From UHGV virus genome UHGV-0020692: DNA of 51,752 nucleotides. One strand, written 5' to 3'. Below are positions 27,218-35,378 of this stretch, piece after piece. The stretch comes from a virus. A program made the position numbers and the translations under genes. The notes beneath the pieces are model-generated. The model did no database searches, had not been told where the DNA came from, and saw only the letters and a program-made list of their open reading frames with translations. Every line of letters starts with the position of its first letter. The first letter of the stretch is position 1.

Positions 27218-27744
27218 TACCGCACCCCCCTGTCGAGGCCACGTAGGCACATTTCACTCTCGTTTTTACGACGCTTGACCAAGCCGGGTTGTTCCTTGCC
27301 ACCGGCAGTCCTGTAGATTTCGGCGATACGTTCACAGGCCCCGCGCCAGTCCCCGGCGTTGGCCTTGCGGGCCACGGAGCTTTTGCAAAAACCGTTGGTG
27401 CCGATGTTGTAGGCCATGCTGACGAACGCCGCCTTGACCAGATCGTCCTGATGTTCGAGTTCCGGGACGCATTCCATGACGGGCTTGGCATGGGCCAACA
27501 CCTGTCGGTTCAGGGAGCGCACGCACTGGTCGAAGGTGTAGGTGGCGCCGGGCGTCACGTCCGTGGTATCGCCCCAGCACTTCGTCCAGATGCCCACGGG
27601 GTCCTGATAGGCCTGAGGCACATAGCCCTCGAACTCGGCCACCTGCTCGACAGTCAGGGTAGCGGCACGAGCCCCCAGCAGGGCCACGAGAGCCGCGCCG
27701 GCCACGATCTTACCGGGGACTTTGCGGTAGGGGATTCTGGGCAT
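27217..27744 (-). CDS. SAR-endolysin, GH24 lambda-R-like lysozyme with an N-terminal signal-anchor
   Basis: RBS CAGGAGACC. N-terminal hydrophobic AGAALVALLGA. Catalytic EG..P.AY.D..G.WT.CWGDT motif. Confidence 0.8.
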   Translation of the reverse strand: MPRIPYRKVPGKIVAGAALVALLGARAATLTVEQVAEFEGYVPQAYQDPVGIWTKCWGDTTDVTPGATYTFDQCVRSLNRQVLAHAKPVMECVPELEHQDDLVKAAFVSMAYNIGTNGFCKSSVARKANAGDWRGACERIAEIYRTAGGKEQPGLVKRRKNESEMCLRGLDRGVR

Positions 27745-27807
27745 GGGTGGTCTCCTGAAAAATTTGAGACCATCGTAGCACACTTGGAAGGTTTTGTCTT
27801 AATTGGA

Positions 27808-27822
27808 AAAGTTCGTGAAGCG
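27808..27822 (+). promoter_or_regulatory. Conserved 15-mer AAAGTTCGTGAAGCG (copy 2), followed by a polypurine tract
   Basis: Matches 13861..13875. Lies upstream, in the minus sense, of the lysis/late operon start. Confidence 0.4.
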
Positions 27823-27875
27823 AAGGAAAGGGAAGGGAAGCGAGGGGAAAGGAAGAGAAAAAATATGGTCTTTTT

Positions 27876-27917
27876 TTGAAAAAAATAGTTGATATTTTTC
27901 AAATCGGTAGATATATT
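27876..27917 (+). promoter_or_regulatory. Strong sigma70-like promoter TTGATA-17-TATATT with an overlapping palindrome TTGAAAAAAATA/TATTTTTCAA
   Basis: -35 at 27889..27894 and -10 at 27912..27917. The inverted repeat spans the -35. Confidence 0.5.
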
Positions 27918-27943
27918 GTATTTAACGAAAGGGAGGAAAGACC

Positions 27944-28378
27944 ATGAAGACCACCATCACCCGCCGAGTTATGATGCTTGCCCACGCCTTCCGCCGCGAA
28001 GCCGCCGCCCGCTACAACTGCAAGGCCTCCGAAATCATCTTCGGCGAATGCCTCAAGATGGCCTGGAACGCCGTGAAGACCCGCCCTGAAATGGTTGAAC
28101 AGTACATCAACAAGCTGGAAGAAAAGAAGGTGGAAAAGAAGGCCGCCAGCAACGAGGTCAACGGTCACAAGGTGAACGAGAAGGGCTTCGTGGTCTTCGA
28201 AAGTCGTAACTGGAACTACAACGGCGACAAGAACACCTGGGCTCGCGTCGATGGCGACAAGCTGACTGTCAACATCGGCAAGGGCTATATGTCCTCCGAA
28301 TACATCGAGGAAATGGAAACCTTCCTCGCCCCCTATAACCTGCGCATCACCACCGGCCGCGTGACCGTGGCCCTGTAA
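27944..28378 (+). CDS. Hypothetical protein (144 aa), lower GC
   Basis: RBS GGGAGG then ATG. Confidence 0.5.
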   Translation: MKTTITRRVMMLAHAFRREAAARYNCKASEIIFGECLKMAWNAVKTRPEMVEQYINKLEEKKVEKKAASNEVNGHKVNEKGFVVFESRNWNYNGDKNTWARVDGDKLTVNIGKGYMSSEYIEEMETFLAPYNLRITTGRVTVAL

Positions 28379-28394
28379 AGACAAGGAGAAAAAA

Positions 28395-28649
28395 ATGCTG
28401 CTCACCTTCGACTTCAACGGAACCAGTTTTCGGGCCAAGGATACCGCTCAGTACAACAACTGCGACGAACGCATTGCCGTCGTCTCCACGAGAGTTTTTC
28501 GCCGCGTCATCGACGCCCCCAGCATCGAAAGCCATACCGCCCTGGAAGATGTGATGCGCCAAGGCTTCCTGACCACTGATCGCAACGGGCAGAGCTTCCG
28601 CGTCATGACGGTTGATGCTGCCCATGCTTGGGGCTTCAGCCTCGAATAA
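28395..28649 (+). CDS. Hypothetical protein (84 aa)
   Basis: RBS AAGGAG then ATG. Confidence 0.45.
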   Translation: MLLTFDFNGTSFRAKDTAQYNNCDERIAVVSTRVFRRVIDAPSIESHTALEDVMRQGFLTTDRNGQSFRVMTVDAAHAWGFSLE

Positions 28650-28653
28650 TGTC

Positions 28654-29367
28654 ATGAAGAACAGCCCGTTGAAGCAACGCACCTGCCGCGCATGTGGCCG
28701 CTCATTTCTGGGCGGCCCACGCGCATGGTATTGCCCCCAGTGCCGCATGGAGAGGCGGAAAAAGCAGTCGGCAGCGTACAAAGCCCGCAAAAGGGCTGGG
28801 GATGTGAGAGAGCTTGGCAGCACGGATAGCTGTGCCATCTGTGGCGCGCCATACACTGTCACCGGGCCAAACCAACGGTACTGCCTGGCATGTGCCCCGG
28901 ATGCCGTCAAAGCCGTCGATAGCGCACAAGGAAGGGCCTACTACATCGAGCATAAGGATGCGATAAATCCCTTGCGCAATGCAAAGCGGCGCAAAGGAGA
29001 GCGCGTCTGCCCCATTTGCGGGGCAGCCTACCAGGCCTACGGGAAAAACAGTTATTGCTCTGAGGCGTGCAGACGCGAGGGGAGGCGCTTGTCTCTTGTC
29101 AAATCTGAGGCCAGGAGGAAGGAGCGGAGAATGCAGGATAAGGCTAAAAAAGATCCCCGGGGAGGGGCGCGCCCCGGAGCTGGACGAAAAAAAGGTGGAG
29201 AGAATAGCACCCGAGAGGACGCCATCAACCGTAGCGTCACTTTGGCCGCAGCCGAATGGGAGGAGCTTGGAAAAGAAGCCCAAAGTTATGGGATCAGTGC
29301 GAACAAACTTGCGGCCCGCATTATCCGGGCACACCTTGCCGCTCAACCTTCTCCCGACACCGAGTGA
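28654..29367 (+). CDS. Triple zinc-ribbon plus C-terminal ribbon-helix-helix DNA-binding protein (candidate transcription regulator)
   Basis: Three C..C-x12-16-C..C repeats. Basic GRKKGG stretch, then RSVTLAAAEWEELGKEAQSYGISANKLAARIIRAHL, an RHH pattern. Confidence 0.5.
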   Translation: MKNSPLKQRTCRACGRSFLGGPRAWYCPQCRMERRKKQSAAYKARKRAGDVRELGSTDSCAICGAPYTVTGPNQRYCLACAPDAVKAVDSAQGRAYYIEHKDAINPLRNAKRRKGERVCPICGAAYQAYGKNSYCSEACRREGRRLSLVKSEARRKERRMQDKAKKDPRGGARPGAGRKKGGENSTREDAINRSVTLAAAEWEELGKEAQSYGISANKLAARIIRAHLAAQPSPDTE

Positions 29368-29527
29368 ACAGCCGGGCCGTGTGGGCGTCCAATTCTTCCG
29401 GGACAGCCCACACCAGCCTGGATTCCGGCATATGGTAGACCGGATAGCACTGGCGCCGGATACGGTAGGCGGACTGGCCCAGATAGTCACAAATGGCCTT
29501 CCAGCCCTGGATACGATTATCAGGCAT
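29321..29527 (-). CDS. HTH DNA-binding protein, excisionase/MerR-like fold
   Basis: RBS GGGGGAG then ATG at 29527 (MPDNRIQGWKAICDYLGQSAYRIRR...). Confidence 0.5.
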   Translation of the reverse strand: MPDNRIQGWKAICDYLGQSAYRIRRQCYPVYHMPESRLVWAVPEELDAHTARLFTRCREKVERQGVPG

Positions 29528-29537
29528 GATCTCCCCC

Positions 29538-29786
29538 CTACTTCGCCCACAGGATGCGTTGCGGCTTTTTGGCAGTATCCATAGTGTCCCCATCCGGCAT
29601 GACGTGATACCGCAGCCAGACAGTGCGCTGGCCCTTGTTGGTGACGAGTATCCCGGCATGATGCACGGCCAGTTCTTCCCGGGAGAGGCCTTTGAACAAC
29701 GGGAAGGCCTTGGCCAGCCCTTCCTTGGTTTTCTCCAGGGTCTTCAAAAGACCGCCCCTCATTTTGACCCGCACTTCCACCAGCAT
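29538..29786 (-). CDS. Hypothetical protein (82 aa)
   Basis: RBS GGAGGTGA then ATG at 29786. Confidence 0.45.
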   Translation of the reverse strand: MLVEVRVKMRGGLLKTLEKTKEGLAKAFPLFKGLSREELAVHHAGILVTNKGQRTVWLRYHVMPDGDTMDTAKKPQRILWAK

Positions 29787-29788
29787 CT

Positions 29789-30397
29789 CTACTCACCTCC
29801 TTGCCCGTAGGCATCCAGCAACGCCACCTGATCCGGAGCCGGAGCGATGCGCACGCGGCACGCCCCGCCCCTCACGATCCCGCCTTCCTCCAGGTGGATG
29901 ATTTTCACATGACGGTCGTCTTCCCACACCATGGCTTCGGTCAGGCTGTCCAGGACGGCCTTGAGCCGGTTGTCCAGGTCATAGCGGCGCCTGTCGGGCG
30001 GGAAGAGCGTCACCGCGATGGCGAGACGCCCGGACAGGGGCGCGGACGGTCCCCGCCGCTGCTGCAGGACAGCCCCCACAGCGGCCTGCTTGAACTCCCT
30101 GCCCTCTTTCGAGAGCAGCGTCCTGGGCTTGCCGCCGATGAGTACGTGGCGCCAGTAGTGATTCACCGAGGGCGGCCACGGCAATGTGTACGTCAGGCTT
30201 TTCAAGTTGCTCACCTCCTTCACAGTTTCCCCGCTCCCCAGCACATGGCCAGCACAGTTGCCAGCCAGCAGAGCCAGAGCGTCATCCAGAATCCTTTCCC
30301 GGGCATATCTCCCCTCCCTCTCGCAAACGATACAGGCCAGCGGGCCGCCTATGGCCTCATCCGCACACTGGCCGCAGTGACTACAAGGCTTAAACAT
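29789..30397 (-). CDS. rusA: RusA Holliday-junction resolvase with an N-terminal Cys4 zinc-finger extension
   Basis: RusA core LPWPPSVNHYW...YDLDNRLKAVLDSL...DDRHV. N-terminus CSHCGQC..-..CIVC. Confidence 0.7.
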   Translation of the reverse strand: MFKPCSHCGQCADEAIGGPLACIVCEREGRYARERILDDALALLAGNCAGHVLGSGETVKEVSNLKSLTYTLPWPPSVNHYWRHVLIGGKPRTLLSKEGREFKQAAVGAVLQQRRGPSAPLSGRLAIAVTLFPPDRRRYDLDNRLKAVLDSLTEAMVWEDDRHVKIIHLEEGGIVRGGACRVRIAPAPDQVALLDAYGQGGE

Positions 30398-30493
30398 TGA
30401 CCAATCCCAATCGACGCAGCAGATACGAAGCCATCCGTTCCGACAACCAGCCACGACACCCTGCGGAAACGATCATGATTTTCAGGATGCTCT

Positions 30494-32188
30494 TCATTTT
30501 TTCTCGTGATAGGTTGACGTCCCGACGTGGAAGGAGAACCTCAGCATCGCCCCGGCTGTCCCATTACGGCGGAACCGGATCTTCTGGACAAAGACCTGCG
30601 TCTCGCTGGTCTTCATGTCCGGCCGGTAGACGCACAGGATATTGTCCGCTTTGTTGCGCCACATGGCGCCACCGGCGATGTCGTAGGCAGTGGGCGGCGG
30701 GTAGCCGCCTGTCTTGTCCTTGTCCAGCTTCGACGGGTGCGCGATCAGGAAGATGTGAACAGAATTCACGCGGGCGAACCTGCGGATCTTCGCAAGCTGG
30801 ATGCTCAGGTACTGGTCTTCACGCTGACCGGCCGGCATGTCGTGCTCAATCTCGTTCCAGGGGTCGATGACAAGCACCTTGATGCCGTACTGGTAGACGA
30901 GAGCTTTTGCCCGCTTGAGGATGGCATCCACGGTCATCATGTCTTCGTCTCGCTCCGGCTGGATGAAGAAAAAGCCGGAGAGGGTGCTGTCCATGACGGA
31001 ATACAGCTCGTCTTCGGTCATCTCGTGGAAATTCCGGCCCGCGTACATTTCCGCCAGGACTGCCATGTGGCGCTGGGCAGGCCAGTTTTCCGGGGAGAAC
31101 ACGGCGGACGGCCAGCCATGCCGCTTGAACAGATTGACGCGCACGGCGTCAATGAAGGTCGATTTCCCGTGGCTGGGCACGCCTGTGACGACGGTCATCT
31201 GGCCGGGCTCGACGTTGAAGACCCCGACGGCTGAAGGCCAGCCGATGTCCGCACCGGGCTGCTCAGGCTGTCCATGCAGGGAGAAAACGTCGCTCCACAG
31301 GTCGCCGACGGTCTTCACCCCGTCCACGGGAAAGAAAGCCGCAGCGTGGATGCACTTGTTGAGATCCTCAGGCCCGTAATTGACCAGCACGTCGTTGGCG
31401 TCCTTGCAACCGTTCGGCCAGAACACGCGCAAGCACTTGTCCAGGCCGATACGCCGCGACAGCTCTTCCTCCAGCTTCTTCCCCGGCGCGTCGTTGTCTA
31501 CGGCCAGCACGACCCAGCGGAACTTTTCGAACAGCTCTTCCATGCCGTGCAGGAAGTCAAATTTGCTGGCGTAGGTCTTTGCATCGGGCGACGGGGCCCC
31601 GTCGGGCACACTGACAACGGCGCGGAATCCGGCCTCGTACAGCGCCAGGCAATCCATCTCGCCCTCGGTGATGATGAGCCTGTCACCACCGGCCTTCATC
31701 GCCATGTCCACGTTGTAGAGGCACTTCCGCGCCCCCTTCTCCTGCCGGAAGCGCTTGTCCGACGAGCGGTACTTGACGTTGACCACCTGCCCGTCGAGAT
31801 AGAACGGGAACTGAATCGTCTGGCATTCCCCCCCGCCGTTGGGGCCATGCATCCATGCGCGACCGCTCTTGATGCGGAACGCCGCCAGTGTCGGCTGGTG
31901 GATGCCGCGCTTTGCGAACCAGGCGATGACGTTCCTGTCCGTGACCTCGCTCTCGACGAAATGCGGCTTGCTGAACGTCTTCCGGGCATGCTCCTGTTCT
32001 TCCCGTGTGCCGCCCAGGCCTCCGCACCAGCCGCAGTGATGGCAGAACCACACGCCTTTCTCCTGATCCACGGACAGGCACTTCTCGTACTTCTTCGTCC
32101 GGTCGGGGGAGCAATGCGGGCACTGTGTCCGCGTTTCCCCAGGGCGGATGCTGATGCCGTAATCGGCAAGGCTTTTCCCGTGCTGCAT
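30494..32188 (-). CDS. Bifunctional primase-helicase (zinc-binding N-terminus, TOPRIM, SF4/RecA-like helicase)
   Basis: CPHCSP...FCHHCGW zinc ribbon. TOPRIM motifs ITEGEMDCLA...AVDNDAPG. Walker A GVPSHGKST and Walker B VLVIDPWNE. Confidence 0.8.
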   Translation of the reverse strand: MQHGKSLADYGISIRPGETRTQCPHCSPDRTKKYEKCLSVDQEKGVWFCHHCGWCGGLGGTREEQEHARKTFSKPHFVESEVTDRNVIAWFAKRGIHQPTLAAFRIKSGRAWMHGPNGGGECQTIQFPFYLDGQVVNVKYRSSDKRFRQEKGARKCLYNVDMAMKAGGDRLIITEGEMDCLALYEAGFRAVVSVPDGAPSPDAKTYASKFDFLHGMEELFEKFRWVVLAVDNDAPGKKLEEELSRRIGLDKCLRVFWPNGCKDANDVLVNYGPEDLNKCIHAAAFFPVDGVKTVGDLWSDVFSLHGQPEQPGADIGWPSAVGVFNVEPGQMTVVTGVPSHGKSTFIDAVRVNLFKRHGWPSAVFSPENWPAQRHMAVLAEMYAGRNFHEMTEDELYSVMDSTLSGFFFIQPERDEDMMTVDAILKRAKALVYQYGIKVLVIDPWNEIEHDMPAGQREDQYLSIQLAKIRRFARVNSVHIFLIAHPSKLDKDKTGGYPPPTAYDIAGGAMWRNKADNILCVYRPDMKTSETQVFVQKIRFRRNGTAGAMLRFSFHVGTSTYHEKK

Positions 32189-32198
32189 CGTCCGCCCC

Positions 32199-32984
32199 CT
32201 AGTTTATCGGCATCTGGTACGCCGGTCGTGACTGGCTTCGCCTTTCGTGCTCCCATGTTCGCACTGCTGCCCGCCAGTCTTTCATCGGCGACTTGCCCAC
32301 AAGCCAGCCCTTGCCCGTGTAGAAATCCACGAACGCCTCAGGATCGATCCCGTTCTGCCGTTCGAGGCAGTAGGCTGCGACTTCTTCCACGGTGGGGGGG
32401 ACGAACCTCTTCCGCTGCGCCCTGGGCTTTCCGCCATCGGGACTGCCCGTCTGTCCTGCGAGGGGAGAATCACCGGCATCGCCGAAGGCGTCCCCCCCGT
32501 GGGGGGTAAGGGGGGTATTATCTCTCGGAGAGAGTGAAGAGGGAGTCAGAGAAGAGGGAGTCAGCGGGATTTGTCCCGAAATTACGGGAGCAGTTCCCTC
32601 CTTTTCGGGAGTTGTTCTATCCTTGGCCTGTTCCTGCACCGGGCATGTCGCGGAAAGGTCGTCAGGATGTGCGGCCAACTCGCTGTTTTTCTCGTTTTTG
32701 TGGGGACTTTGGTGACGCTTGAACTGAGGAATCCAGATAAGGGCCGTTCCGTTCGCCTCGTAGGTGCGGATCAGCCCTGCATTTTCCAGTTCCACCAGCA
32801 GCGGAGCCACGTCCACGTCATCGAAGGGGAAAATCTCGGCCTTGATCTTCCTGGGGCGATTTTCGAGACGCCCTTCCCTGTCGGCCAGCATCCAGAGACC
32901 GGGGAACAGCAGGCGGGCAGTCATGCTGCATTCGGCAAGCTGATCGCTTTTGTAGAATCCTGGCTTGATATCGCGTGCTCTCAT
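32199..32984 (-). CDS. Replication protein, YdaU/DUF1376 N-terminal domain plus DnaT-like C-terminal domain
   Basis: RBS GGGGGGTGAGG then ATG at 32984. Motifs ARLLFPGLWMLADREGRLE and C-terminal F.DFY..KGW......MKDWRAAVRTWE. Confidence 0.6.
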   Translation of the reverse strand: MRARDIKPGFYKSDQLAECSMTARLLFPGLWMLADREGRLENRPRKIKAEIFPFDDVDVAPLLVELENAGLIRTYEANGTALIWIPQFKRHQSPHKNEKNSELAAHPDDLSATCPVQEQAKDRTTPEKEGTAPVISGQIPLTPSSLTPSSLSPRDNTPLTPHGGDAFGDAGDSPLAGQTGSPDGGKPRAQRKRFVPPTVEEVAAYCLERQNGIDPEAFVDFYTGKGWLVGKSPMKDWRAAVRTWEHERRSQSRPAYQMPIN

Positions 32985-33111
32985 CGCCTCACCCCCCTGG
33001 CCTTTTCCAGCCCAAAAACCTTGCGTTCCACTGTTTTTTCGTGCATGATTCACTCATCCCTTGTTGGATAGCGTTTCTGCTTGGCCCCTCTGTCCGCCCA
33101 GAGGGGCTTTT

Positions 33112-33315
33112 CTATTTCCTGCGACCTGTGCGGCTTCCCTCTGTCCGCATCTCGTCCATGATCTCCCGCTCGTGCCCCCGTATCCATGCCACCACATCCC
33201 GGCGGCAGGCAGGGTCACGGATGACGAGCTTCCCCTCCCATCCCGGGCTGCTGTCGTAGTCGATGCGCAGCTCAACGCTGGGCCAGAAGGTGCGGACGAT
33301 CTGGAGCGGGGTCAC
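33112..33315 (-). CDS. Small hypothetical protein (GTG start)
   Basis: Protein-like composition. Weak RBS. Confidence 0.25.
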   Translation of the reverse strand: MTPLQIVRTFWPSVELRIDYDSSPGWEGKLVIRDPACRRDVVAWIRGHEREIMDEMRTEGSRTGRRK

Positions 33316-33318
33316 ACG

Positions 33319-33744
33319 TCACCAAAATCTTTTGCTGCTGGAGATGCCCCGCGCACTCAGGGCCGTGGCGTCTTCCAGTTCCTTGCGGGGGATGCCCAGC
33401 TTGCGCTCGTACTGGCGCAGCATGTAGGGGCTGATCCGCATATCTCCGCGCATGTGCTGGCCCACGGTATTCTCGCAAAGGCCGTGGGCCCGGCAGAACG
33501 CCTTGAGCGTCAGACCGCTGTCCACGACCGCCTTGCGCAGTACGGCGGCCCCGCGGGAAGGCGCATCCTCCGGCTTGGGCAGAGCGGGCTCCTCTCCCGC
33601 GATGACAGGGCACCGGCTCCCGGCCACGCACTCCTCACGCTCACCGCACGGCAGGCGGAGAGCCGTCAGGTGCATCCGGGGGCAGTGCCGGAGCTGGCGG
33701 GCATGGGCCGCCAGAAACATGTCCGTATCCCGTTTTGCTTCCAT
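33319..33744 (-). CDS. HTH transcriptional regulator with an N-terminal Cys-rich region
   Basis: RBS CAGGAGTGG. HTH segment LTLKAFCRAHGLCENTVGQHMRG. Confidence 0.5.
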   Translation of the reverse strand: MEAKRDTDMFLAAHARQLRHCPRMHLTALRLPCGEREECVAGSRCPVIAGEEPALPKPEDAPSRGAAVLRKAVVDSGLTLKAFCRAHGLCENTVGQHMRGDMRISPYMLRQYERKLGIPRKELEDATALSARGISSSKRFW

Positions 33745-33767
33745 GTATCCCACTCCTGCCGCTCCCA

Positions 33768-33989
33768 TCACGAGCGGCGTTTTTTCGTGACTGACCTGTC
33801 CTGCGAGCTGTCGTAGCCTTCAAGCATGGACGGATTCCGCTCCAGGATGGCTAGGTAGGTTTCCACAGCCCGCACCACAAGACCGCTGGACGTGATCTCG
33901 TTACCGGTGGCGCCGATGACATCCAGCATCCGCCGCCGCAGGGCGCGGGGCATCCTGACGGAGAACTGCTCAGTCGCGGGGCTGGTCAT
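33768..33989 (-). CDS. Ribbon-helix-helix (Arc/CopG-like) DNA-binding protein
   Basis: FSVRMPRALRRRMLDVIGATGNEITSSGLVVRAVETYLAILE pattern. Confidence 0.5.
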   Translation of the reverse strand: MTSPATEQFSVRMPRALRRRMLDVIGATGNEITSSGLVVRAVETYLAILERNPSMLEGYDSSQDRSVTKKRRS

Positions 33990-34030
33990 AAAGCGCTTCT
34001 CCGAAACTCAGGAGGGTATCAGCCATGACG

Positions 34031-34822
34031 CTACGCCGCCTTCATTTCACGGAACAGGTTCACGAAGTAGATCTGGCCCTTGCCCGTCACCTTGGGCGTG
34101 CGGGTGATGTGGCATTCACCGCTGGAGCCGATGCGCGTCCCTTCCTTGATCTCCATCCAGCCCGCGTCGATACAGCGCTGCGTGGGCATGTTCCGGGCGC
34201 TGCCGCCCTTGTGCAGGTAGCCGTTGGCACGCAGCCACTCGAAGAAGCGGTTCTGGCCCATGTCGCAACCCGTGGCCTGCTTGATGAGCTTCGCCATCTC
34301 CCCCACGAGGATGGAGGTCTTCGCTACCTCGATGGATTCCGCGAACACCACCTTGGGTCTGTCGGCCGCTGCCTGCGCTTCAAGGGTCTGCCGCTTTTCC
34401 CGCTCCGCCTTGAGGGTGGTAGCCAGCCGGATGATGGTGTCAGGATCGGTCAGGGCCTCCTCCAGCTTGGCCGGGGTCAGGTAGCCGCCGTGCTTGCGGA
34501 TGGCGGGCAGGACTTCCTCGACCACCCAGGTCTGGAAGCGTTCCACATCTTCGTTCTTCAGATTGCTCCGCATGATGAGGCGGTAAACATCGCTTTCGGG
34601 GATGATCAGGATGTTACGCGGCGGGGTATGAACCGAAAACGTCTCAGAGACTTGTTGGGTGATTTTATTGACTTTTTTACAGTTATCCCGGACAGCTTGC
34701 GCCGGATCAACATACCCAAGCGCCTTGGCAATATCCGAAGCCACGAACCAGGGTTCACCGTTCACATCCACGACGCGCACGGCGCCGAACTCGGAGTTCT
34801 CGAAAATCTTCATGTCGTTCAT
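34031..34822 (-). CDS. Antirepressor, BRO-N plus KilA-C domains
   Basis: RBS AAGGAGGG. N-terminal FGAVRVVDVNGEPWFVASDIAKALGY. C-terminal KilAC-like region. Confidence 0.7.
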   Translation of the reverse strand: MNDMKIFENSEFGAVRVVDVNGEPWFVASDIAKALGYVDPAQAVRDNCKKVNKITQQVSETFSVHTPPRNILIIPESDVYRLIMRSNLKNEDVERFQTWVVEEVLPAIRKHGGYLTPAKLEEALTDPDTIIRLATTLKAEREKRQTLEAQAAADRPKVVFAESIEVAKTSILVGEMAKLIKQATGCDMGQNRFFEWLRANGYLHKGGSARNMPTQRCIDAGWMEIKEGTRIGSSGECHITRTPKVTGKGQIYFVNLFREMKAA

Positions 34823-34848
34823 AGGCGGCCCTCCTTTGGAGCCCGGTT

Positions 34849-34926
34849 AGAGGTATTTGCAGAGAATGTAGAGCGTAGCGACGTAGCCAGCGACCAGGAT
34901 GCCGATGATAAGGACGTCTTCCATGC
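34849..34926 (-). CDS. 25-aa hydrophobic peptide MEDVLIIGILVAGYVATLYILCKYL
   Basis: RBS GGAGGTAG 7 nt upstream. A single TM-length segment. Confidence 0.3.
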
Positions 34927-34927
34927 G

Positions 34928-35080
34928 CTACCTCCTTCCAATCATGCCCACGACCCATGCCGCCCCAGCCACCGTCCAGAATCCGAACAGCATGGCGGCG
35001 AACAGGGCCAGCAGGTCAAAGGGGAAGAGCCCGCGCGGCCAGTAGACCGCCGGGGCAAGGTCGAAGAAGAACTCACGCAT
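34928..35080 (-). CDS. 50-aa two-helix membrane protein (MREFFFDLAPAVYWPRGLFPFDLLALFAAMLFGFWTVAGAAWVVGMIGRR)
   Basis: RBS GAAGGAGG then ATG at 35080. Stop adjacent to the next start. Confidence 0.35.
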   Translation of the reverse strand: MREFFFDLAPAVYWPRGLFPFDLLALFAAMLFGFWTVAGAAWVVGMIGRR

Positions 35081-35285
35081 GGGGCGCCTCCTTCTCCGGG
35101 GGTGTGGGGGGCACCAGTCTTTTTTCACCGTAAACAAACGGGACAAGGCGCTCGGCAATAGAGCACCCCTCACGGTTTAGGAACCGGCTCAGAGCTGCCG
35201 AATTCACCCCGGCCATTTTCGCGAGCTCTTGTTGGGAAATTCCAGTTTCAGACAACAACTTGCGGATATCGGATTGGATACTCAT
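35073..35285 (-). CDS. Cro-like XRE-family HTH repressor (near-leaderless)
   Basis: HTH LSETGISQQELAKMAGVNSAALSRFL. ATG 11 nt from the operator palindrome. Divergent from cI. Confidence 0.6.
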   Translation of the reverse strand: MSIQSDIRKLLSETGISQQELAKMAGVNSAALSRFLNREGCSIAERLVPFVYGEKRLVPPTPPEKEAPHA

Positions 35286-35296
35286 GTATGAATTAT

Positions 35297-35310
35297 TTGC
35301 TATATAGCAA
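35297..35310. promoter_or_regulatory. Operator: perfect 14-bp palindrome TTGCTATATAGCAA
   Basis: Perfect dyad with an embedded TATATA in the cro/cI intergenic region. Confidence 0.5.
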
Positions 35311-35354
35311 CTAAAGTAAAGAAAAAAATAGCCATCAAGATAAATGACAGCAAA

Positions 35355-35369
35355 TTGCTTATATGGCAA
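35355..35369. promoter_or_regulatory. Operator: TTGCTTATATGGCAA (imperfect copy)
   Basis: Same half-sites as 35297..35310. Sits 10 nt before the cI ATG. Confidence 0.45.
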
Positions 35370-35378
35370 AGGGTAGGC

